Shown here piece by piece: positions 1 through 64,000 of a DNA stretch of 64,000 nucleotides. The position numbers were made by a program, and so were the translations under genes. Positions within the stretch are counted from its first letter, which is position 1. The number at the start of each line of letters is the position of its first letter. The notes beneath the pieces were generated by a model that saw nothing but the letters and a program-made list of their open reading frames with translations, was not told where the DNA came from and ran no database searches. The stretch lies in NCBI GenBank assembly GCA_964188305.1, contig OZ076895.1; one strand, 5' to 3'. This DNA comes from Podarcis bocagei (Eukaryota).

Positions 1-327
1 TATGAGGGGAGAGTGCTGTTGCACTCATGGCTTCCCAGTGGTATATGGTTGGCCATGGTGAAAACAAGATGGTGGACAAGATGGGCCTTTGGTCTGATCC
101 ATAAGGCTCTACCTGAGACAAATTCCCAAAATGAAAGCCAAGAATCCAACAATAGGCATGAACAGATCGGTTTTACAAATTTGTAGCCCATGTCGCCTCA
201 TTAGGTAAGAACTGTGGTGAGGAATTTGTGGCCCGTAGGAGAATATCACACACACACAAACCCACCCCCCACTGCTTTTGTTCATCAACTAATCTGATTT
301 ATGGATTCTACTTAGATCATAGTTTAC

Positions 328-27162
<26,835 letters not shown>

Positions 27163-27289
27163 CGCTGCGCCTGAGAGAGCCGGTCCAGAATAATTATAAT
27201 GGGAGCAGCTTCAAGAGCGAACCATTTCTTGGCCAGCGGAGAGAGAGAAATGAAATTCTAGGAGATCGCTTGTCCAGCTTTTGGTACCC

Positions 27290-27450
27290 AGCAAGCAGCG
27301 GCAGCAGCGTCTAGTCTGATGCAACCCAAGCAAGCCGCCTTTGGCCGCCGGCCAGCCAGAAGCGAGCTCCGCGGGGGCGCGCAAATGGGAGGCGCGCCAG
27401 CAGCTCCGCCGCGCCAGCAGTGGAGAGGCGGGGGCCCGCCTGGCTGCTTG
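27290..27450 (-). promoter_or_regulatory. ALDH1L2 CpG-rich promoter with candidate C/EBP-ATF (ATF4) element TGATGCAAC at 27317-27325
   Basis: GC/CpG-rich patch 130-290 nt upstream of the ATG; motif matches the TGATGnAAn consensus. Confidence 0.55.
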
Positions 27451-27667
27451 GCTTCCCCTCGCCCTCAAATTTGAAACAAAACGCCCCCCACCCCACAAAA
27501 CAAAAAGAGGCCTGCCTGGTGGGAGATGTACCTTCAAAGCAGGAGGGGGACCCTGCGCTTGGTTTTGGGGGAGAAGTCCCCCTTTTTCTTCCTCCCGTAC
27601 CCTGTATTTTTCGCCTGGGAACAGGCAGAAATTCAACAGGTAGATGGTTTTCCAGCAGCCACGAGAA

Positions 27668-27856
27668 GGGAGGGGCCGTAGCTGAGCGGCAGAGCATCTG
27701 CTTTGCATGCAGAAGGTCGCAGGTTCAAACCCAAGCATCTCCAGGGAGGGCTGGGAATGTTCCCTGTCTGGCACCCTGGGAAGCTGCTGCCGGTAGACAG
27801 TACTGAGCTAAAGGGACCAGTGGGCTGACTAGGTCTAAGATAGCTTCCTATGTGTC
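27668..27856 (+). mobile_element. tRNA-derived SINE
   Basis: A-box TAGCTGAGCGG and B-box GGTTCAAAC followed by a non-tRNA body; degenerate relatives near 26031, 24310-24680 and 43905-44040. Confidence 0.72.
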
Positions 27857-28327
27857 CTAAGAATAGTGAAGATACACTGGTGGGTCCAGCGGTTGGCTTT
27901 GGGGTCTCAAATTTCAGCAGCACCTTATGCAATTCTAACATTTGGCGCCTCCAGCCTCTCATCTTCCATTCTCCATCATAGTTGCTGTGGCCCTGAGTGC
28001 AACCAGACTGGTTAAATCCCTAAATTTGGTGGGTGAGAGACTGAACCTGAATCCAGAACTACCTGGTTCAAATCCTTGCCTTTGGTGTGCATTCACTAGG
28101 TGATCTTGTTAGCTTATTTTGAAGATCTTAAGCCGCCTTTCAGGGTGCACTGCCTTCACAGGTGTTGAATCAGTTGCCAATGGAAATCATTATATTTCCC
28201 CATCCTTCTCTCTCAGGTACCAGGGTGGGCTACAACATTCAAAAAGAGGCAGTGTGGTGTAATGGTTAGAGTGTTGGACCAGGACTTGGGCCAGCACCAT
28301 CTTTTAGCCTAACCCACCTCACAAGTT

Positions 28328-28600
28328 GCTCACTGGAAGGACAGATCCTGAAGCTGAGGCTCCAATACTTTGGCCACCTCATGAGAAGAGAAGACTCCCT
28401 GGAAAAGACCCTGATGCTGGGAAAGATGGAGGGCACAAGGAGAAGGGGACGAGAGAGGACGAGATGGTTGGATAGTGTTCTCAAAGCTATGAAGCTGAGT
28501 TTGACCAAACTGCAGGAGGCAGTGGAAGACAGGAGTGCCTGGCGTGCTCTGGTCAATGGAGTCACGAAGAGTCGGACACGACTAAACGACTAAACAACAA
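28328..28600 (+). mobile_element. BovB LINE 3' end inserted in an older SINE
   Basis: MRREDSLEKTLMLGKMEG...KSRTRLND*; (CAA)n tail; 13-bp TSD CACCTCACAAGTT. Confidence 0.9.
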
Positions 28601-30795
28601 CACCTCACAAGTTTGTAGTGAGGATGAAATGGGAAGGAAGAGAACCAGGTACACCACCTTGAGCTCCTTGGAATAAAAAAGTGGTATATAATTTTGATTA
28701 AATAAATATACAGTATTAAAAACAGTTCAGAACAACTTAACAATCCCAGAAATTAGAGAAGTGCCCTGCATTTTTATATTTAGGTGGCTATCAAAATTTT
28801 TCTTTAGTAAGGCTTTCCCTGATGTGTGCGACCCGGTCATTTTATGGAAGAATCATTGTACCATTGTAAAAATGGTTCTGCTTCGTTTTGCCCACCGAGT
28901 TCCTCATCTTTTGAATTTTATTTCATTGAATTTCTTCCATAAAATGTATATACTGCTTGATTGTTATTTATTTTCCCATTGAAAAATCTCTTAAAGAGCT
29001 TCCAAGGAATTGCAGTCGTAAGAAACCTGTTGCGTTGGGCTGTGATATCCTAAAATCTGACAGGAAGTATTTCCAAATAAGGGCCATCTAACAGCTCCAG
29101 TACAGAATATACACTAAGGAAAAATTCTCTCACAGCAGGACATCTCAGCACAAGATGTCAAATAGGGGTATTTTATTTCAAAGAACTCTCTCAGCAGCAT
29201 TAACACATAAACGGCACACCTCTTTCATTCCTCTGATTTATAAAATGTTTCTGCCTTGCAGGATCAGGTAGGAGGCAAGTGGTTTCATGAAAGACTGAAC
29301 CCTGCAGGGATTCTTTATGTGGGAAAGTCACAGTGTTCTTTTTACTGGGCACGTATTTCATGTTTTCTGCTCAGCAGGTGTAACTGTGTGTCAAAAGTGG
29401 CCATTAATTGCTATATTTTTTTTTCCCTTTGCCCCAAAAGGAAGGAGAAACTGGGTGGTAGTCAACCACATTTTTCCTCAGAATAGACCCACTGATATTA
29501 ATGAACGTGATTAAGTTAGGTCCATTAAGTACCTGTTTTTATTTTAAATCCCACTATCTATTTTCCAACGACAATCAAGTGGCCTAACCAGTATGGCCGA
29601 TTAATTTCATAATACTGTGTGGAATTTGAAACTGCTGATACTAGTCCTCCTTATCCGTTGAATCTTTTCTAGTATTGGCTTTGACCCTTTCCTGCTCACA
29701 TGAAGCCATTTCTGAGACTCTGCCTGTACAACATTTATAATTCAGATAGAGTTCTGTTTAAGACATTTCTGCTTTATTGTTCTTATCTCCTTTTATCTTC
29801 TTACAAACCAGTGAAGTAGTATTTGTTCCTCTGTAGCCGTTTTTCAAGTTTTACTGTGCTCTGAAGCAAGTTTTCACAAGAAAGAAGCCTTTCATCTTTT
29901 AGTTTTGATTTGGGGGGGGGGGGCTTCTGCTTGACTGCTTAGGATACCTTAAAAAGATAATAACTATGGTTGGATAGAATTACTGCCAAAGGGTGTGTCT
30001 CCACATACCCCATGCTCTCTGCAAAAAGCAATGGTGACTCTTTTATTACTGATTTTGCTGCCATCCGTATTGCTGCATGAATTAGAAGAGGTATATTAAG
30101 CTCTCTCTTAAGCTTCAGGCAAGCTTCTATGACCTGAGCTTTAGTATAGCATTGAAGTTACAGCACCCTTTTCTATGCTGAATTGTATTAGCCCGCTATA
30201 GGTTTTATTGTATGAATTGAATTTTAGAAACTTGGACACCCCCCCGTCTTTTATTTATTTCAAGGATGGGTAACCTCCTGCAGTGTTCCAGATGTTGTTG
30301 GACTAAAATCTGTATTATTCCGGACCATGCTGGCTGGGACTGAAAACCTATAGAGGGCCATAGGTTCCCCTATGGCTTCCTCCCCAAAACATTCTGGAAA
30401 CTATTGTTTGTTACTGGGAATTGTAGTGACGAGTCTCCTATGAACTCTCAGCACCCTTAGCAAACTACAGATCCTAGGATTATTTGGGAGAAGCCATGAT
30501 TGTTTTTTAAAAAAGGTGCGGTAAGTGTGCTTTAAGTGCATGGTGCTGATGTGACCTAGGTTCATCAGCAATAAAGAGGAAATGCATCTCCCGAAAAGGA
30601 TAAAAGAATATACAAGCTTGCATAAAATGTGCATATGCTGAGTTATGCATAGATACATATTTAGAAATCATTACTGGATATTAAATAGAAATGCATCGCA
30701 TGGTAGTGGCCCAAGTGACCTGGACCTGCTCACTCCAGGTGGTAACTGTTGATGAGCAGCTTCAAGGACCCTATTCTCCCTTCAAATAGTAAAGG

Positions 30796-30964
30796 CAGTG
30801 GCGTAGTGTGCGTTGTCAGCACCCGGGGCAAGGCAAGTAATTTGCGCCCCCTAACCTGTGGATTTGTGCCCCCTAACCCGTGGATTTGCGCCCCCTAACC
30901 CTAACCCCCAGATGTTGCGCCCGGTGCGGCCGGCCCCCCCTGCACCCCCCACGCTACGCCACTG
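30796..30964. mobile_element. hAT-type MITE with internal CCCTAACC tandem units
   Basis: TIR CAGTGGCGTAGTGTG / CACGCTACGCCACTG; 8-bp TSD AGTAAAGG. Confidence 0.85.
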
Positions 30965-31324
30965 AGTAAAGGTAAAGGTAAAGGGACCCCTGACCATTAG
31001 GTCCAGTCGTGACCGACTCTGGGGTTGCGGCGCTCATCTTGCTTTATTGGCCGAGGGAGCCGATATACAGCTTCCGGGTCATGTGGCCAGCATGACTAAT
31101 CCGCTTCTGGTGAACCAGAGCAGCACATGGAAACGCCGTTTACCTTCCCTCCGGAGCGGTACCTATTTATCTACTTGCACTTTGACATGCTTTTGAACTG
31201 CTAGGTGGGCAGGAGCTGGGACCGAGCAAAGGGAGCTCACCCCGTCGCGGGGATTCGAACCGCCGACCTTCTGATTGGCAAGTCCTAGGCTCTGTGGTTT
31301 AACCCACAGTGTCACCCACATCCC
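30965..31324 (-). mobile_element. Sauria SINE (reverse)
   Basis: (AAAGGT)n tail on the left, head on the right; TSD CCCTTCA(A/G)ATAG at about 30778 and 31325. Confidence 0.88.
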
Positions 31325-31511
31325 CCCTTCAGATAGAGGACTCCTTTAAACAGAGAACTCTCCTCTGCAGATTAAGCCACATGGCCAGCATCAATGAGAT
31401 GCAGGCAGAAGCGGAGAAGCTGTGACTCTTCAACTCCCAACTCCCAACGGCCCCAGTCAGCATGACCAGTGGTCAGGGATGATGGGAGTTACAGCCCAGC
31501 CACCTCTAGAG

Positions 31512-31647
31512 TAGGCATCCCCAAACTCGGCCCTCCAGCTGTTTTGGGACTACAATTCCCATCATCCCTGACCACTGGTCCTGTTGGCTAGGGATGATGG
31601 GAGTTGTAGTCCCAAAACAGCTGGAGGGCTGAGTTTGGGGATGCCTG
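31512..31647. mobile_element. hAT-type hairpin MITE nested in a related older MITE
   Basis: Near-perfect 136-bp palindrome; TSD CTCTAGAG/TTCTAGAG. Decayed relatives near 960-1205, 3560, 15600, 18110, 18800, 30270 and 42880. Confidence 0.85.
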
Positions 31648-32261
31648 TTCTAGAGGGCCACAGGTTCCCAGATCCTGACCTAAAGCATTTTAAGAGGAAA
31701 ACAAAAGTAGTAGAAATGAAGGGCAGAATCCTGGTAGCTAAGGATATAGTGCCACCTTGTGAGAGTACTGGAAAAAGGATTGATTTTAAAATTGTAACTA
31801 ACACCAGCAGAATTCAAGAGTTACTTAGTACGAAACATCTGCCCAATGAGTGCAAAACAGGGCAATGAGATGGTCCCAGCAGAGGCCTTATGATCTAAAG
31901 TCACAATGGGTGAAGTTTAGCGCCGTTGAAATCAATCAGATCTGCTGCTTCATCCTATGCATGTTTGCTCAGAAATAAATGCAGCTGTGTTCAATGAGGA
32001 TTAAGTCCAGGGTGGAATCTAGACACATATAAAAAAAATTGTGAAAATGTTTTTTTTAAAAAAAAAGGTTTTGAAAAATGTATATTGAATTTGCCATAGC
32101 TTAGCATCGCCATCTAGTGTCACATTTGTATAATGCACTTTACAACATGCTTAAAGTGTTTCATTTGCAGCTGAGCCCCAGGTATGTTTAAATAGCACTG
32201 GAACTTTACAGTGGAATCCTATAATGTACTTTAAAAAACCGGGTATAGGATTGTAGCCTTT

Positions 32262-33012
32262 AAAAAAAAATTAATTGATTTTTACAAATACAATTTTACA
32301 GCAAATTATCTATATAATCCTTTTGTAAGATTCTCTGAATCTCTTGACTTCCCCCCATCCCTTACATGGATCCCAATAACTATTTTTTCCAAATCTACAT
32401 ATCAATGCAGTTTCCATAATTTTCATTTTTCTTAATTATCCATAATGTTCATTACTTTACAAGTGGTTTTTAAAGTCCAGCTAACATTTTAATTTGTTTA
32501 CAATAGTCTCCTAAATAAGCTATAATTTTTTTCCATTCTTTTTGAAAAATCTTTATCTTCTTGACTCCTGAGTCTTCCAGTTAGTTTTAGCCATTTCGGC
32601 ATAATCCAGCAATTTGGTTTGCCATTCTTCCTAGTTGGGGTCATTGCTTCTTTCCACCTTTGGGCTAATAACATCTGCGCAGCTGTTGCCACATACATAA
32701 AAAGTCATTTCTGGTCTTTTGGCATCTCGGCACATATAATTTCTAATAAAAAAACTTCTGTTTGCTAAAATAAATGTTACCTTAAACATTTTTTTCAATT
32801 TGTTATATAATATCTCCCAAAATGATTTTGTTGTGTTACATGACCACCACATATGGTAAAAGGTACCATCATTTTCTTTACATTTCCAGCAGGTATTTGA
32901 ACTGGTTCTATACATTTTAGATAACTTAGTAGGAGTCAAATACCACTGGTACATCATTTCCATATAATTTTCTTTCAGTGTACAACATGCTGTAAATTTC
33001 AAATCTGTTTCA
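32262..33012 (-). mobile_element. L1/Tx1-clade LINE 3' fragment
   Basis: WYLTPTKLSKMY...CWKCKENDGTFYHMWWSC, the ORF2 CCHC motif; frameshifted; TGTAGCCTT duplicated at the flanks. Confidence 0.8.
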
Positions 33013-33642
33013 ACTGTAGCCTTAAAACTGCAGTAGGAATCCTCTTGTCAGCCACATTCTCTTGCCAGACACATAAGTGGGTGGAGCAAGGGATGTGACT
33101 CTTGTATTTGTACAAAGACTATGTTTCAGTTATGCAAAAAACAAGGGGTTCTGCACATACACATTCATCTCTCCATCGTCCATCCAGGTAAGGAAGAAGC
33201 GTCACCACCCTCTCTGAAGACACATTCTAGTCAGACGAAAACACCCAAGGGTGCAGATTAGGGTGAGTGAATGGTGTGACCTGTGGAGTAGAGGGGCCTG
33301 TGGGGAGTTCTGAGGGCCAAACAGAGAGACCTGGATGCCTGCAATTGGTTCCTGGATGGCCAGTTTGGTGTAGTGGTTACAGTGTTGGGCTCGGACCTGA
33401 CACACTAGATCCAAATCCTCATTAAGCCATGACAATTAGGTGTAGACTTGGACTAAAAGAAGCTCCCTCTGCCCCAACATAGGGTTGTCCAGTGCAAACC
33501 CCACCCCACCTCCGTTGAATGAGAATAAGTTGCCACTGCTCCCTTCTTCTCCCTGGTGGAGTCACAGATCTTGAAGTGGAAGAGACCAGAACTAAGGCTG
33601 GAGAGAGCACATATCCTTACAGAAGCAAAAGCCTTTTAGGAT

Positions 33643-34433
33643 TGTTAACGGAAAAATCTGAGGGCTCCCTTGGACAAAAAGTAAAGACACCAACCAGGAT
33701 AACTTGGAGCAAAACAGCAGCCTGTAGGCTTGGCCTTTATTGAACTGTTGCAACAGGGTATTCCCTTCACTTGCAAGAGAGAGGAAAGACCCAGAAAGAT
33801 GGTGTGCAAGACCTTATAAAAACTTTTGAAATTCCCCTCCTCTAGGTCAAGCCCACCCCCAGAAACATCATGCATACATTACAGAAAGGAGGGGTTGACA
33901 TCATGCATACATTACAGAAGGGGTTGACATCATGCATACATTACAGAAAGGAGGGGTTGAGGGAGGAGTTGTGGTGGTAACCTGAGTGTCCTGTCACCTG
34001 GCTGGTTCCTCCTTTCCCCCTGCCCATGAGTACTTTCCAGGTGACAAAGGGGAGTTTGCAGTTTCCTGCCCCCAGAGGGAAGATCTGATTATTGTCCTTT
34101 GTTTCAGTCTGTGCTGAATCCACTCCCATATGCAAGTTCTTTGTCTTTTTGATTGTCTTCTGTCTGGGATTATCAGGGCTGACATAGCAACTGGGCAGGG
34201 CTCCTGTGGATGTGCTGGTATGCTGAAGGGATTATGGCTGACCAGAACCAAGCCACCCCCCCCCTTTGATAGTCCTTGTCACATGGAGTAAAAATAAAAT
34301 GGAACAGTGCAAATCCGATGTATGGATGATTTTCTATGAATTTATAACAGAAATGTGGCGTATGTAGTGTGTGAGTGTGTGTGTGTGATGTTTGTACAAA
34401 CAGAATGATTGGGGTGGGGGGGTTCCTGCTACA
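33643..34433 (+). mobile_element. Solo LTR (791 bp)
   Basis: TG...CA ends; 4-bp TSD GGAT; internal CATCATGCATACATTACAGAA repeat x3; AATAAA near 34293; absent from the inverted paralogous arm. Confidence 0.8.
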
Positions 34434-35362
34434 GGATTAAGTTACATTTTTTCCTTAGTATGAAAGACTAAAGGAATGAGCATGCACGAGAGAGTAGAAA
34501 TGTAAGGAACTTTCTCATTTCTTCTTTGTCCTGATTTGTCCCTTACCAGCACTGGCAAACAGTAATATGAGAGCAGTTCTAGTACGAAGCAGGAGGAATC
34601 CTGCATGTATTAGACATCAATACCCACATGATGTTGCTTCTGGCAAGTCAAGCAACAGGCAGTTGGTGTTTATTTTCAAGTTGTCCAAGTTCACATGAGA
34701 AGCATCAAGTGAAGCTGTGGATTGACACTTACAGCTTCATGGACAGATTGGCAACCAGTTATGTGGCTGCCAGCAACTAAGACAGAACTTAATATAGTTG
34801 CTGCCACTAAGAGGAAAAGAAAAAAAACTGCAGTACTCAGTACAGTGTGCAAAGTACCGGTATTCTGCCTCACTTGTTGCCTGAACACATGGAAGTTTGA
34901 GGAAAATGTTTACTGAACTTGATTGTGGACCCATAAGGTCACATCCACACCATACATTTAAAGCACTACTTTAACAGACATGACTTGCCTGGGGTGCCTG
35001 CCATCCTCTTGCCACACTGGAGTTATTCACTGGAGTTCAGGGGGCTGGCCATAGGCAACCACAACAACTCCAGACCTTGTGGGTCCACAATCAAGTTCAG
35101 GAAACATGAAACTGCCTGTTCATTCATACTAAGGGAAAAAATGTAACTTAATCTTAAAGGACTTTTGCTCCCGTAAGGAGATGTGCTCTCTCCAGCCTTA
35201 GTTCTAGTCTCTTCCACGTCAAGATCTGTGACTCCACCGGGGAAGAGAAGGGAGCAGTGACAACTTATTCTTGTTCAGCAGACTGGAGTGGTGTTTGCAT
35301 TGGACAACCCTATGTTGGGGCAGAGGGAGCTTCTTTTAGTCCAAGTATACACCTAATTGTCT

Positions 35363-35445
35363 AAATAAAAAAAATCCTTCCAGTAGCACCTTAAAGACCA
35401 ACTAAGTTAGTTCTTGGTATGAGCTTTCGTGTGCATGCACACTTC
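35363..35445 (-). mobile_element. Penelope pseudo-LTR fragment (3' half of the hammerhead)
   Basis: Reverse complement of about 46842-46910; truncated before the CUGA core. Confidence 0.8.
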
Positions 35446-36483
35446 TGAAAGTTTCATCCCCAAGGAAAGGGATGCTTGCCAATTTCATCCATTTTTGCCC
35501 ATGAATGAGGTTAAACATTACAACTGGCAGGAAAGGCATCTGAAGTATCAGAAGACAAACCAAATGGAGGCTCTGCTTTGGATCTGAAGCAAAATGCCAT
35601 GTCAGTCAGAAACTGATCTGTGGTGATCTCCTACTTATATGAAACACCAGAGCAGGTGTTTCAGTCCTGCATAATGCATAGAGTATTGTATTGGTTTTAT
35701 TTAAATCAATGGGAGAAGAGTAGATTCTTAATTTATTGCATTTATATCCCCCGCTTTTCCTCTAATCAGCTCAAGATGGCATACATGGCTCTCCCTCTCC
35801 TTATTTAATCCTCACAACAACCCTGTGAGGTAGGTGAAGCTGAGAGGCAGTGATTGACCCCAGGTGACCCATGGAGCTTCATGGACGAATGGGGATTTGG
35901 ACCCTAGTGTGTCAGGACCTAGCCCAACACTGTGACCACTACAGCAAACCGGCTCTCCGGGAACCAATTGCAGGCGTCCAGGTCTCTGGAGGCAGAATCT
36001 GCTGTCTCTATGGATCCTGCCACCTGAGGCAGTCGCCTTAACTCGCCTAGCAAGTGCGTCGTCCCTGTCTAACCAGAACCTATTCAGAAGTAAGCACTAT
36101 TAGGTTTAACTCTTAGCTGAATGTGTCCGGGATTGCAAGGGCTTGATTCTGAGTAGACATTCCTAAGATTGCCCTGCAAATCGGAATATATTTGCTTTCA
36201 GTGTTTTCAGTGCGGGCGTGTCCTTAAACGCTGCCTGTCACGAGCTTCCCTCCCCGGTTGCCAGGCCTGCTTCCCCCGGCAGGGGCCGCTGTTTGGGCGC
36301 CCCTCTAACCGCCCAAGCGCCGCGGCCATCGGCCCTCCCGCCCCGAGCTCCGGAGACTTCATTTCCCAGCATGCCGCGCGGGCGTGACAGGAAGTCCCGT
36401 GTCTTTGGAGTCGGGTGGGAAGGGGCAGGTCTGCTGCTGCTGCTGCTGCTCTTGCTGGCGCCGCCGCTGGGCGCGGGTCCGTC

Positions 36484-64000
<27,517 letters not shown>

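Larger units (their letters stand above)
33325..35987. repeat. Decayed inverted duplication (palindrome) upstream of WASHC4
   Basis: Nested reverse-complement blocks: 33325-33430/35880-35987, 33430-33642/35151-35361, 34438-34464/35124-35151, 34654-34664/35110-35120 and 34906-34940/35073-35107. Confidence 0.85.

Noticed and set aside
27668-27745. tRNA-like sequence with A and B boxes
   Set aside because: It continues into a SINE body and has degenerate relatives elsewhere in the window, so it is a SINE head rather than a tRNA gene.
27211-27806. Overlapping 100-187 aa ORFs upstream of ALDH1L2
   Set aside because: GC-rich promoter and SINE sequence is stop-poor, and the peptides have no recognisable domains.
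33866-33960. Short direct-repeat array resembling CRISPR
   Set aside because: Tandem units without unique spacers, inside a vertebrate LTR, with no cas genes.
35363-35445. Third hammerhead ribozyme
   Set aside because: Truncated before the CUGA core, so it cannot fold as a complete ribozyme.

Overview
Eukaryotic genomic DNA from a squamate reptile. The Sauria SINEs, BovB, L2, CR1, Penelope and MITE content suggest a lacertid lizard; this species assignment is an inference. The window holds two head-to-head multi-exon genes whose start codons lie 9.3 kb apart. ALDH1L2 (mitochondrial 10-formyltetrahydrofolate dehydrogenase) is on the minus strand, coding exons 1-20 at 27162->328, running off the left edge. 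WASHC4/KIAA1033 (WASH complex subunit 4) is on the plus strand, coding exons 1-17 at 36484->63493, running off the right edge. I traced both genes exon by exon; splice phases are consistent and there are no stops. Introns and the intergenic region are dense with transposons. The most notable non-gene structures are four. (1) A young Penelope-like element with an intact RT-thumb/GIY-YIG frame and a minimal hammerhead ribozyme, in sense orientation in WASHC4 intron 3. (2) A TSD-flanked Penelope-derived 71-bp fold-back in ALDH1L2 intron 5 that carries a sense-strand hammerhead and its own antisense arm. (3) A 2.7-kb decayed inverted duplication just upstream of WASHC4, one arm of which preserves the empty site of a solo LTR inserted in the other. 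(4) A GC-AG intron and a candidate ATF4 element in ALDH1L2. All calls were made by eye, with no database searches. Most ORFs in the supplied track are spurious or TE-derived.
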